A stretch of DNA of 63,841 nt from a virus (IMGVR_UViG_3300021168_000030:1-63841), one strand, 5' to 3'; positions 29,408 through 38,801 are shown, numbered from the stretch's first letter. Made by a program: numbers and translations. Notes: a model not told the origin generated them from the sequence alone.

Positions 29408-29891
29408 ACAAACCATGGTGGATGCACCAGCGCGGCCTACGCTGGTGCTGGTGGGAGATAAAATGATGGCAGATGAAACGGCGCAGCCGGAAACACCGGA
29501 ACAATACACAATGCGGCGTGCCAAGACGGTGCTCGCACGTCAATTAGAGGATGCGAAGCTGAAGGCAACTAATCCGAACGCCGAACACGCCCATAAGCAT
29601 ATGCGCGTCGATGTCTACGCTAAGCCTATCATTTAGGCTGGGGGCCCCTTCATGGATACCGATCGCTGGCGGCGGCAACCGCATGCAGCGCGCGAATTTG
29701 TCCGCCTCTTCGTCGAGGCGCTGACAAAGCACCGAAAACGCGGCAACCGTCACCTGCCACCGCTCGGCATCAAAAAGTCCCTGCGTATGGCGCAGTGTGG
29801 CCGGGCGATCGTGCTTGGGCCGCCCTATCACAAACTACGGTGGATGCACCAGCGTAGGCCGCGCTGGTGCTGGCGGGAGATAAAATGATGG
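29408..29891 (+). repeat. Two copies of a 62-bp leader (29408-29469 and 29830-29891) with hairpin, RBS and start
   Basis: GGTGGATGCACCAGCG-N7-CGCTGGTGCTGGyGGGAGATAAAATGATGG. Confidence 0.9.
29463..29636 (+). CDS. Hypothetical protein
   Basis: Starts in leader copy 1. Confidence 0.5.
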   Translation: MMADETAQPETPEQYTMRRAKTVLARQLEDAKLKATNPNAEHAHKHMRVDVYAKPII

Positions 29892-30073
29892 ACGTCGAAC
29901 AGCTAAGACCCGTCGCCGCCAAGCTGGCTAACTCCCTGGGTGTCTCCTTCTTCATCCGCGATGGGTCGATACACCAGCACGGCCCCGGCGAACGGGTCGA
30001 CCCGCCGCCCAGCGCTCAGCCGGGTTTAAGCCACGGGCGCTTCGAAATCTCAAATGTGGAGGTAAAAGAGTAA
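29885..30073 (+). CDS. Hypothetical protein
   Basis: Starts in leader copy 2. Confidence 0.5.
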   Translation: MMDVEQLRPVAAKLANSLGVSFFIRDGSIHQHGPGERVDPPPSAQPGLSHGRFEISNVEVKE

Positions 30074-30077
30074 CAGG

Positions 30078-30257
30078 ATGGAACAGTTTTCTGCGACGGT
30101 AAAACGGATAGCCGGCGAGCAGGTCAAGGTCACTATGTCAGATGGATTAGAGGTATTTTGGGTATTCAGCCTGCCTTACATACACCGGTCTGGAAGCAAT
30201 GACTTGTTCTCCTTGGATGAGGCAGAGCAGGCTGGGATCATTACCGTCGAGCGCTAG
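30078..30257 (+). CDS. Hypothetical protein (59 aa)
   Basis: MEQFSATVK...; fills the gap. Confidence 0.4.
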   Translation: MEQFSATVKRIAGEQVKVTMSDGLEVFWVFSLPYIHRSGSNDLFSLDEAEQAGIITVER

Positions 30258-30269
30258 GGGCCCAAAATC

Positions 30270-30809
30270 ATGACCATTATCGTCTACCGCGACGGTGTGA
30301 TGGCGAGCGATTCGCGGATCACCGACAATGGCATTGTGCGTGGCAGTGTCTCGAAGATATTCCGCGCGCCCTATGGTTTAATCGCCGGCGCCAGCGGTGA
30401 GCACGGAGCTGCGAAACGATTCGAGCGCTGGCTTTGTGATCAGCGTTTTGATGGGGGCTTTCCCGCGCCCATCGCAAGCTCGTGCGGTAGCGAATTCGAT
30501 CCGAAGACTGAGCCGGGATGTTTTTCGGCCATAGTCGTGCACCCCAGCACCGGCGGGCATGCGGCCAGCACCTGGCTCGTCGATCACCGCGGGACATTCT
30601 TCCCGATTGAGGCCGATTTTATCTGTGAGGGGTCCGGCCGGGAGATCGCTATGGGTGCGTGTGCGATGGGCGCGGGGGCGGTCGAGGCCGTCCTTATCGC
30701 CATACAGTACGACACCGGATGCGGCGGCGAGGTTCAGGTTCTCAATCTGAAGCCCATTGTTACTGATCGGTCAGTCGACCTCCCGTGTGAGGTAGTTCAC
30801 ACTTATTAA
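30270..30809 (+). CDS. Ntn-hydrolase (proteasome-beta/HslV-like) protein
   Basis: M-T-IIV..DG.MASDSR.T, K.F, GSG...AMGA..MGA.AVEAV..A..YD..CGG. Confidence 0.8.
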   Translation: MTIIVYRDGVMASDSRITDNGIVRGSVSKIFRAPYGLIAGASGEHGAAKRFERWLCDQRFDGGFPAPIASSCGSEFDPKTEPGCFSAIVVHPSTGGHAASTWLVDHRGTFFPIEADFICEGSGREIAMGACAMGAGAVEAVLIAIQYDTGCGGEVQVLNLKPIVTDRSVDLPCEVVHTY

Positions 30810-30839
30810 CTATAGATCGTGTATTTATTTGATTCCTGA

Positions 30840-30868
30840 TTGACAAATAGAGTTCGTATTCATATCTT
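30840..30868 (+). promoter_or_regulatory. Sigma70-type promoter
   Basis: TTGACA-17 bp-TATCTT upstream of 30908. Confidence 0.65.
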
Positions 30869-30907
30869 CGCCGCATTCCAAGAGGGCTTGGATACGTGAG
30901 GAAAGAT

Positions 30908-31381
30908 ATGGCCGACCAGGACCTACCGGAGGTTTCGCCGTTTGTAGTTGATGCAATCATTGAGATGCTAAAAGCAGACAATGGCAACCTGCGTCCGGCC
31001 GATAAGGCCGCGCATATGCTGGCGCTGATTGTCGAGTTGCACAAACAGCATAAGCCGTTCCCGCCACGTAAAGACGTCGCGGCGGCTATCAAGGGGTCGA
31101 TAGCTGCGGTCGACGCGGCGCTCAACAGCAGGCTGGCCGAAGGGTATATTACTTTGGCGGTCGACACCGAGCCAGGTAATGTGCAGCGTCGCAATAGTGT
31201 TATTAGGCGACGTTTTATTATACCATCCAAAGACTTACTGGATGTTGTCGCTAACGCAAAACGGCAAGAGGCTAGTATAGTTCGATCGCGACTGCACGAG
31301 CCTGCGAGGCAGAAGGATGAGTTTGCGAGGCAGCAGGCTCGCAAAGAGGCCCGAAAAAAGACACACGAACCGAAAACTTAG
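30908..31381 (+). CDS. Putative winged-HTH DNA-binding protein
   Basis: FPPRKDVAAAIKGSIAAVDAALNSRLAEGYI followed by beta-wing-like strands. Confidence 0.55.
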   Translation: MADQDLPEVSPFVVDAIIEMLKADNGNLRPADKAAHMLALIVELHKQHKPFPPRKDVAAAIKGSIAAVDAALNSRLAEGYITLAVDTEPGNVQRRNSVIRRRFIIPSKDLLDVVANAKRQEASIVRSRLHEPARQKDEFARQQARKEARKKTHEPKT

Positions 31382-31980
31382 GAAGGTTTATAGCCACAGG
31401 GTGAATTAACCGATATACCCCCTTGCTTACTATCGTTAGGGGTTATATGTGTGGTGTCTTCCTTTGGTGGAATGGTTAACAAGGAGAGTTGGGGTGCCAG
31501 TCGATCTATCGTTGCAACTCCGCGCCGAGAAAGCCATAGCTGCGGATATGGTAGAACCGTCCGGCAGTCGTACGGTTACGGTAAGCTTCCCCGTCGATAC
31601 CATTGCCAGCGTTCGATCGGCGCTGGAGCGCATTGTGCTCGTGGCCACTGGGGCACTGTCTACACTTGATGCGGGTGTTGCGAAGTATGGCGACGCCGAG
31701 ACTCTGAGAGGGGTCGGGCAGTTGCTCTCGGCGCTCTCCCAGTCGATGGTCAAGATCTTTTATTTTCTTTTACTCGTCCCGGTCCTGCACGGTCATGCCT
31801 GGTTCGGCAAAGCGTGCGTATTGCATTCGTTGTCTGGGATATTATGACACCTTGGTCCGATTGCCGGTCAAGACCTTAAACTAGCACCGGCACTTTCCGT
31901 CAAAAATTGGTTGCATCCATGTCGATAGTGGGCTATATGCCCTCGGGATGCAACTAGCGTTATCGTAGTTGTTACAGGCG

Positions 31981-32553
31981 ATGAGCGATCAGCGACTCGG
32001 TCTCAATATTCCGATCCCGGACCCGTCGCTCCTAACTACGGAACAGTTTAATCGTGGGCAGGACAACGCGCGGCGCGAAATGTCGTCGCTGCGGGAATAC
32101 CTCATCAGCGAGATGACGCGGATTGAGAAGGTGCACGAAGAGAAGTTTAAAGGGATCGAAGTTCGTTTTGCGGAGAGCAAGATCGAGGGTAAGACCGCTT
32201 TAGAGGCGGCGTTGCGCGCTGCACAGAACCTGGTCGATGCCCAGAACAAATCAAACTCCGCTGCGGCGGAGAAAAGTGAGCAGAATTTCACGAAGCAGAT
32301 CGAGGCTCTCAATACGCAAACCACCACCATAACGGGGGCGCTGGCTGCCCAGGTGAGTGACATTAAAGAGAGGATAACCAGCTCTGAGTCGACCCACAAG
32401 GGCGCAACAGACAATACGGCCCGGCTGATGGCGGCGGCAATGTTCGTCGTTGCCCTTGGCATGGCCATTTTTACGGTAATGGAAAACCGCGGCGCTTCGG
32501 TGCCTACAGTAGTTTCACCGGCAGTCGTTCCAGTGCAACCAAACGGAAAGTGA
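31981..32553 (+). CDS. Coiled-coil protein with C-terminal transmembrane helix
   Basis: Heptad-rich body, then LMAAAMFVVALGMAIFTVM; upstream TTGCAT-17-TATATG. Confidence 0.7.
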   Translation: MSDQRLGLNIPIPDPSLLTTEQFNRGQDNARREMSSLREYLISEMTRIEKVHEEKFKGIEVRFAESKIEGKTALEAALRAAQNLVDAQNKSNSAAAEKSEQNFTKQIEALNTQTTTITGALAAQVSDIKERITSSESTHKGATDNTARLMAAAMFVVALGMAIFTVMENRGASVPTVVSPAVVPVQPNGK

Positions 32554-32559
32554 AATGCT

Positions 32560-32790
32560 ATGATAAGAACAGTTTTTCTTGCACCAGCGTCGGCCATGCT
32601 GGTGCTGGGCGTGCTCGCAGCACCGGCCCAGGCGGATTGCCGGTGGACAGGGTGGTCGTGGGCATGCGGCCAGCCACGACAGGAGCGGCACGAGCAGGAG
32701 TGGCGTGAGCGCCACGAATGGCGTCCGCCGGTCCGGCTTCACGAGTACGAGCACGAACGCGAGCAGCACGAGCATGACTATAGGAGGTAG
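32560..32790 (+). CDS. Small secreted His/Glu/Arg-rich protein
   Basis: Signal peptide ending PAQA-D; C..C pair; ERHE.W repeats. Confidence 0.6.
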   Translation: MIRTVFLAPASAMLVLGVLAAPAQADCRWTGWSWACGQPRQERHEQEWRERHEWRPPVRLHEYEHEREQHEHDYRR

Positions 32791-32792
32791 GC

Positions 32793-32969
32793 ATGGAACT
32801 GGTTCTCATCATCGTTGTGCTGCTCGTCCTCTTTGGTGGCGGTGGGTACTGGTATTCCAGTCGCAGCGGGCCTGGGTTCGGCGGCGGTAATCTGATCTGG
32901 CTGGTTATTGTGGTGATTGTGCTTCTGGCCCTGTTCGGTGGCGGCGGTCATTACATCGGGAGGTGGTAA
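32793..32969 (+). CDS. DUF3309-like small two-TM protein
   Basis: MELVLIIVVLLVLFGGGGYWY...GGGNLIWLVIVVIVLLALFG; AGGAGG RBS; below the ORF-track cutoff. Confidence 0.7.
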   Translation: MELVLIIVVLLVLFGGGGYWYSSRSGPGFGGGNLIWLVIVVIVLLALFGGGGHYIGRW

Positions 32970-33226
32970 TGGATCAATTCCTCGACAGCACGCTCGATAA
33001 GCTGCGCGAAATGAAATGGCTAGTCGTTGCGCATTACGAGTTCATGCTGCATAGGCAGTTGCGCACTGTCTGGTTCTTCGTTCATGTTTGCGGGCAGTCG
33101 ATCAAGGCAGAAGGCGCGTCTAGCTCTGAGCTTCTCGTGCTGCAGATGGCACTAGGCGACGCCCTGGCGCATACGTGCAATCATCGCGACTGTACGAGTT
33201 TACGAGGTGAAGAGGGTAAATCATGA
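32969..33226 (+). CDS. Hypothetical protein
   Basis: TAATG coupling; GGAGG RBS. Confidence 0.5.
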   Translation: MDQFLDSTLDKLREMKWLVVAHYEFMLHRQLRTVWFFVHVCGQSIKAEGASSSELLVLQMALGDALAHTCNHRDCTSLRGEEGKS

Positions 33227-33284
33227 TTGAGATCATTCGTGTGGTGCTCATGATCGTATTGATCGTCGCGGAGGCGTTTTGGAT

Positions 33285-33824
33285 ATGATTCAGTGCAGCT
33301 GTCTTATACATGAGCACTGCGCTGTCTGTAATCCCAAGGCATTCGCTGAGGGTGTGGGGTTGCGTCGAGTGCCGCGGCATGCGGTCAATTCACCGAATCC
33401 GAAGCAGCGCTATGGCGACCTGAAGGTCCCGGTGCATCTCGTTCCATCTGCCGGCGTGCTTTATGAGGCGCTGGCGTTTGCCGAGGGGGCTAGGAAGTAT
33501 GGCCCCTATAACTGGCGTGAGAAGTCGGTCGAGGCTATGACGTACATCGGCGCGGCTATGCGGCACATACAGTGCTACCTCGACGGTGAAGAATATGATC
33601 CGGAGATTACCGAGCGGCCGACGCACCATCTCGGGTTGGCACGGGCCTGCCTTGGGATCTTGGCTGACTGTATCGAGACGGGGAACTTGATCGATAATCG
33701 GCCACCGAAGGGTCGGGCGGGGCCATTCCTTCGCGAGAACTCCTTAAGTCCAGCCGGCCGCGGGGATGCGGTCTTTGGGGTCTGTGCTCCGTGCGCGATC
33801 CCGCAGGAGAACTCTTCCGACTAG
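33285..33824 (+). CDS. dATP/dGTP diphosphohydrolase-domain protein (DUF5664-like)
   Basis: NPK..YG..KVP.HLVP...GARKYG.YNWR...Y..A..RH...DGE..DPE...HL..A.A. Confidence 0.85.
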   Translation: MIQCSCLIHEHCAVCNPKAFAEGVGLRRVPRHAVNSPNPKQRYGDLKVPVHLVPSAGVLYEALAFAEGARKYGPYNWREKSVEAMTYIGAAMRHIQCYLDGEEYDPEITERPTHHLGLARACLGILADCIETGNLIDNRPPKGRAGPFLRENSLSPAGRGDAVFGVCAPCAIPQENSSD

Positions 33825-35153
33825 GCCCATCTGGGCGCCTAGGCAGAAATACTGGAGCGCATCGCAAATATCTGACCATGGGTGAAGCTTCTCGGGGGTG
33901 TCCTCGAATTGCCCGTCGCGCTTTTTACGGTAACGGTATTTGTTGCCTAGAGACTGAATTAGGATAGGGCAGCCTTCGCGGTTGATCTGTATTGCCGGCT
34001 CGCCCGAGATCTGCTTCGTGAATAGTCTTTCAACTGCTAATAGTCTATTGTCGATATTGTTCGTGCTGGCAGGGTAAGCCAGCAACCCTTCGTCTTTAAG
34101 CACGTCGAATGGGGTTTCTTCGGTAACTTGTGACCTCTGTCGTCCGGCAGGATCGCCGACTATGAAAATCCTTCGGCCGGCGAACGGCTCGGACATTAGG
34201 ACTGGCTTGAGATGATCGTCGACCATTTGGAGCAAGCCCATCCCCTCGGTGACGACCTCCTTCATGATGATCGCCCGGCCGTAGTTGTCGATCTGGCCTA
34301 TCAGCGCACAGGGGGTCCGGCCGAAATCCAGTCCGACCATGAGCGGCCGGTTCGGGTTCACGATTAGTTTCATGTCTTTGACGTGGGTCGGTGCGTGGAA
34401 GGACTTCCGGAACACTGCTTGGCCGGCGTTCGAGGTTCCCCATTGGCTTTCTACATAAACTTGGTATTCGTCGATATCATGTTCGCTACTGACGGTTTCG
34501 TAATATCCCGGCGGTAGGTTCTCGACGTTCTCGGCGTAAGGACCGACGCCCGACGGTTGATGGTATAGCGCCCATTTCGGGTCCGGATTTAGGACTAGGC
34601 GATCGTGATAGGGGCTGTCGGTATCCCACGGGTTCGTGTCGCCGATGAGCCCGTACCAGCTCGGGCCGCCCATCTCTTTGCTGGGGTAGCGTCCTAATCG
34701 GCGAATTAATCGAGGTATGATTTCTATTGGGATCTCGCGGAGCTCGTTGATCCATGCTCCGGTGAGCTGCATGGATAGTAGTTTTCGTACGTCTTCTTTG
34801 GTGTCTAGTGGTAATAGCAACCAATCTGAATGAATACGCGTTCCATCGGGTAGTCGAAGCCTGATTTGGATTGTGCTATCTGAAACGAAATAATGTATGA
34901 TCGACCCAAAATATTGTTGGATATCTGAGAGAACAGTTTGTTTTAATTGTTGCAACGTGTTTCTTATTAAAGCCCAGCGGGTGTATCTTATTTCGTTGTA
35001 GGGGGTTTGTTGGGTAGACCGGCGCATGATTTCTATGATAGAGCCCATCGACTTACCAGAACCGACCGGTCCGACAAGCACCCGTACTAAATGTTCGTTA
35101 TCGAGCATGAACCGTCCGACCGTGGGCGGCGGAGTATAATTTCGTCCGTACAT
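33744..35153 (-). CDS. terL: Terminase large subunit
   Basis: GPVGSGKS, IRNT..QL, Walker B WINE, DTNP, GLDFG.TP, SDICDALQY. Confidence 0.93.
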   Translation of the reverse strand: MYGRNYTPPPTVGRFMLDNEHLVRVLVGPVGSGKSMGSIIEIMRRSTQQTPYNEIRYTRWALIRNTLQQLKQTVLSDIQQYFGSIIHYFVSDSTIQIRLRLPDGTRIHSDWLLLPLDTKEDVRKLLSMQLTGAWINELREIPIEIIPRLIRRLGRYPSKEMGGPSWYGLIGDTNPWDTDSPYHDRLVLNPDPKWALYHQPSGVGPYAENVENLPPGYYETVSSEHDIDEYQVYVESQWGTSNAGQAVFRKSFHAPTHVKDMKLIVNPNRPLMVGLDFGRTPCALIGQIDNYGRAIIMKEVVTEGMGLLQMVDDHLKPVLMSEPFAGRRIFIVGDPAGRQRSQVTEETPFDVLKDEGLLAYPASTNNIDNRLLAVERLFTKQISGEPAIQINREGCPILIQSLGNKYRYRKKRDGQFEDTPEKLHPWSDICDALQYFCLGAQMGLVGRVLLRDRARSTDPKDRIPAAGWT

Positions 35154-35155
35154 AA

Positions 35156-35680
35156 TTATTCTTTTGAATCGTCGGGCGCTGGCAGCGCGGCGGTTGGTGC
35201 TTCCACTACAGTAGTGAGCCGCTCAGTTTTGCCGTCTGGCATGTTTATGACTAGGTTGAACTGCGTTCCGGCGGCGGCCTCGCTGTTTCTATTAGCAACA
35301 GCTACGCCGTCTATTCCAGCCATGCGGTTGAGTTGCTTGAATGCGTCGATGCGCACGGCGGCTGAGTGTTTGGGGTCCGCAGCTATCCCGGCCATGTCCG
35401 GGACGAGCTCTATGCTGGCGTGACCCGCCATAGTCCTTCCGAGTTCGGGCACACTCACATCGCTTGATTTCAAGGCGCGAAGTGTTTGGGCCTCTTTCTT
35501 GAACTCGGGGTTGTCGTGCAAGAATCTCTTGAGGCCCTCTATTCCACCTAGACCATAACGCCGGCCTAGGTCTTCGGGCTCGTGCAGCCCGTAGGCAAGG
35601 TCATGCAGCAACGGTATGCGTAATCGGGGGTCGAGCTCGGGCGCGGCTGGCATCCTGAGAAGTTCATCGGTGTCGTCCAT
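35156..35680 (-). CDS. Probable terminase small subunit
   Basis: Directly upstream of terL; HTH-like N-terminus, helical middle, FNLVINM beta tail. Confidence 0.7.
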   Translation of the reverse strand: MDDTDELLRMPAAPELDPRLRIPLLHDLAYGLHEPEDLGRRYGLGGIEGLKRFLHDNPEFKKEAQTLRALKSSDVSVPELGRTMAGHASIELVPDMAGIAADPKHSAAVRIDAFKQLNRMAGIDGVAVANRNSEAAAGTQFNLVINMPDGKTERLTTVVEAPTAALPAPDDSKE

Positions 35681-35757
35681 GGGGGTCTATCTCACAACAC
35701 TGTTGATTTTACGCATCGGCATATATAACTATAGGAACTGTAGTTTAGGAAAGGTAG

Positions 35758-37941
35758 ATGCCGCAGGCGATTCCAGGCGTCAGCTCGTCCACACCTCCGG
35801 CGTCGAGCCGGGCCGGTGGCCTGCTCCGCGTGGTCAGCCCTGCCCAGCTCGACGAGCAGGACCGCGCCAGGCTCGCGGCGGCATCCGCGCAGAATCGGCC
35901 GGGCCGGTCTGATCCTGCGACGGATCTGGGCGCTTACGTGCGCATTCGGTGGATGATGTTCCGCAACCACCGGAACCAAGGCAACAACCCGCTGAATTGG
36001 CGGTTGTTACGTGCTCAAAGGATGTTCGAGGGTAAATACGACCCGGATAAGCTCGCCGCTATATTGCGGTTCGGCGGCTCGCAGGTTTATTCGCGCCTGG
36101 TCGCAGTCAAGTGCCGCGGCGCCACGAGTCTTTTGCGTGACGTGTATATGGGCGCCGATCGGCCGTGGGATATCACGCCGCAGCCCGACCCGCCAGTGCC
36201 GCCCGAGATTAAGGCCAACATCGTCCAGTTGCTGTCGTCCGAGGTCATGGGGTTACAGCAGGCCGGGCAACCGGTCATTATGGATCAGGTGCACGCCAGG
36301 TTTTCGAGCCTGATGCATGCGGCACAGCAAGCTGCGCTGCGCACCGCGGGCGTCCAAGCAAAGAATGTCGCCGATAAGATCCAGGATATTCTGCACGACG
36401 GTGGGTTCTATGACGCCCTCGCGCAGTTTTTGGTTGATCTGCCGCTGTTTCCGTTCGCGTGCATTAAAGGCCCTATCGTTAGGATGGCGCCCAAGCTTAC
36501 TTGGGTCGGGGGCCGGCCGATCCTCCAGAAGAAACCTCAGATGTTTTGGGCACGGGTCAATCCGTTCAATATCTATTGGTCGCCTGGCGTGACGTGTATT
36601 GAGGACGCCGAGGTCATCGAACGTATGCGGATGACGCGCACCAACTTGAATGACTTGCTTGGTTTACCGGGGTACGACGAGAGCGCGGTTCGCGCCGCCA
36701 TACAGGATTACGACAATGGGCTGCGTGATTGGCTCGACGCGATCGACACTGAGGAAGCGCTCAATGAGGGGCGTGAGGACCCGAACTATAACCAGTCGCA
36801 TATGATCGAGGCAGTTGAGTATCATGGGAACGTGTACGGTAGATTGCTACTGGATAACGGGGTGGACTCTAAACAAATCCCCGATCCGGATCGGGATTAC
36901 GCGGTGCAGACCTGGGTGGTTGGGCGTCACACACTTAAGACCCAGATAAACCCCAATCCTCGTAAGCGGCATCCCTACTATCTTACCAGTTTCGAGAAGG
37001 TGCCCGGCACCGTGGCGGGGCATGGCCTTCCTGATATCCTCGAGGATATACAGGAAAGCGCTAACGCAACGCTGCGTGCATTGGTGAATAACCTGGCTAT
37101 TTCTTCAGGTCCGCAGGTGGTCATCAATGACGAGCGATTGGCGCCGACCGAGAACGGTGACGAGCTTTATCCGTGGAAGCGTTGGCATGTCCTTGATGAT
37201 CCTATGGGTAGTCAGCGCGAGCCGGTGACGTTTTTCCAACCGCAGAGCAACGCACAAGAGCTTCTTACGGTTTATACCGCGCTCAGTGGCATGGCCGATG
37301 ATATCTCGGCGATTCCGAGATACGTTACTGGGGAAGCGATGTCGGGCGGCGCCGGGCGTACGGCATCCGGACTGTCCATGCTGATGGGCAATTCGTCGAA
37401 GGTCCTTCAGACGGTCGCGGCCAATGTCGATCTCGACGTGATGGAGCCGAGCCTGTCCGGCCTCTACGACATGATCATGCTGACCGATACGACCGGCCTG
37501 CTGACTGGCGAGGAGGAGATCGAGGTTAACGGCGTCAACGTCGCGCTGCAGAAAGAGACTGAGCGCCAGAAGCAACTACAGTTCCTACAGATTACGGCCA
37601 ATCCAATTGACGCGCCTATTATCGGGGTTCCAGGGCGGGGCAAGGTTCTTAGAGCGGTGTCGCAGAATCTCGGCCTTCCGGATGATGTTGTTCCCGATGA
37701 TGAGGCTTTGGCGCAGATGGTCAAGGCCCAGCAGCAGATGCAGGCTGCCCAGGCTGTCGCTCAGGTGGTTCACGGGCCGGCTCAAGGTCAATCGGGCCAG
37801 CCGGGTCAGCCGGCTAAATCACCGGGTGCACAAGCGGCCGGAAATCAGGCGCCAACGCCCACGCCAACACGGCTCGCCGATCAGGCGTTGCCCGTCAATT
37901 CGTTCCAGCAAGGTAACCCAGGAGTATCGTCTAATGTCTAA
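35758..37941 (+). CDS. Portal protein
   Basis: 727 aa; KGP, G.GLP..L.D.Q..AN..LR.LVNN..ISSGPQ, GAGRTASGLSMLM. Confidence 0.9.
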   Translation: MPQAIPGVSSSTPPASSRAGGLLRVVSPAQLDEQDRARLAAASAQNRPGRSDPATDLGAYVRIRWMMFRNHRNQGNNPLNWRLLRAQRMFEGKYDPDKLAAILRFGGSQVYSRLVAVKCRGATSLLRDVYMGADRPWDITPQPDPPVPPEIKANIVQLLSSEVMGLQQAGQPVIMDQVHARFSSLMHAAQQAALRTAGVQAKNVADKIQDILHDGGFYDALAQFLVDLPLFPFACIKGPIVRMAPKLTWVGGRPILQKKPQMFWARVNPFNIYWSPGVTCIEDAEVIERMRMTRTNLNDLLGLPGYDESAVRAAIQDYDNGLRDWLDAIDTEEALNEGREDPNYNQSHMIEAVEYHGNVYGRLLLDNGVDSKQIPDPDRDYAVQTWVVGRHTLKTQINPNPRKRHPYYLTSFEKVPGTVAGHGLPDILEDIQESANATLRALVNNLAISSGPQVVINDERLAPTENGDELYPWKRWHVLDDPMGSQREPVTFFQPQSNAQELLTVYTALSGMADDISAIPRYVTGEAMSGGAGRTASGLSMLMGNSSKVLQTVAANVDLDVMEPSLSGLYDMIMLTDTTGLLTGEEEIEVNGVNVALQKETERQKQLQFLQITANPIDAPIIGVPGRGKVLRAVSQNLGLPDDVVPDDEALAQMVKAQQQMQAAQAVAQVVHGPAQGQSGQPGQPAKSPGAQAAGNQAPTPTPTRLADQALPVNSFQQGNPGVSSNV

Positions 37942-38176
37942 GGAAACAGCACAGCGTACTGAGTACGGCAATAAGACTGGTGAGATCGGCCACGATAAGG
38001 CGCTCTCCAGCAAGGCTGGCGAGATGATCAAGGGTGGCGGCTCCGGCGACGGCGGTGGGCCGACCGGGAGTTCGCGGTCTTATCCCAAGAGTTCAAAGGT
38101 CAATCTGTCGCCCGACTTCAACCCGATGCGCGATAAAAAGCGCTCGGGTACTGACTGGGCGGTAGGCGGGGTCTGA
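37934..38176 (+). CDS. Small Gly/Lys-rich protein
   Basis: AGGAG RBS. Confidence 0.55.
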   Translation: MSKETAQRTEYGNKTGEIGHDKALSSKAGEMIKGGGSGDGGGPTGSSRSYPKSSKVNLSPDFNPMRDKKRSGTDWAVGGV

Positions 38177-38178
38177 AC

Positions 38179-38376
38179 ATGAGAGGACATTATCTACTGC
38201 AGTTTTTTGCTTACGATCACTTGCCTGAGCATCTTCAGATAGTGAGTAAGCTATTTAGCGACTTAGCAAATAATCTGGAGGGCTTACCACAAAATCCGGA
38301 GAGCACGGCAGCGCTACGTAAACTGCTTGAAGCAAAGGACTGCGCTGTTCGGGCTATGTTGTTTAAGGATCTGTGA
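38179..38376 (+). CDS. Conserved small helical-hairpin phage protein (possible Acb2/Tad1-like fold)
   Basis: FFAYDHLP.HLQ.VSK.F..LA...P..PE..AALRKLLEAKDCAVRA. Confidence 0.6.
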   Translation: MRGHYLLQFFAYDHLPEHLQIVSKLFSDLANNLEGLPQNPESTAALRKLLEAKDCAVRAMLFKDL

Positions 38377-38801
38377 ATATGGCTTATCTCCCTGGAGTGC
38401 CCGACATGGGGCCGGCGCCGGTCAGCCCTATCGTTGGCAGCAGCAAGACGCCGATTGGGGCCCCGAAGGGCATCTCCGCGATCGCGCACAGCGTCGGTAA
38501 GCCCGGCCATGCGCAGCACCTCGGAAACATCGTCGGGACGCGTGGCGCTGGCTCTACCGCGCTTGGCGGCGGCGACCCGGCCATGCACAGCCTCGGACAC
38601 TACGGGAAGAAGGCCCCTCCCCTTTTGGGCGGTCAGACGGCCGGTATCGACCCGACGGCGCATGCCGGCGCGAACATGATCCGTGGTGGTGGTGCTAATC
38701 CCATGCGCTCGCATATCCGTGAGGGCGGCCTTGGGCCAGGGAAGATGAGCTCGCCAGGCGGGCCCGGCACCCAGTACAACATGGCTGGGGATACTGAATG
38801 A
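38373..38801 (+). CDS. Gly/Pro-rich hypothetical protein
   Basis: Coupled ORF in the head module. Confidence 0.55.
   Translation: MNMAYLPGVPDMGPAPVSPIVGSSKTPIGAPKGISAIAHSVGKPGHAQHLGNIVGTRGAGSTALGGGDPAMHSLGHYGKKAPPLLGGQTAGIDPTAHAGANMIRGGGANPMRSHIREGGLGPGKMSSPGGPGTQYNMAGDTE

Noticed and set aside
31382-31968. Competing ORFs 31449-31847 (+) and 31436-31753 (-)
   Set aside because: Neither has a convincing start, RBS or motif; left unannotated.
33285-33824. Z-genome (diaminopurine) pathway
   Set aside because: No PurZ or DatZ homologue recognisable.
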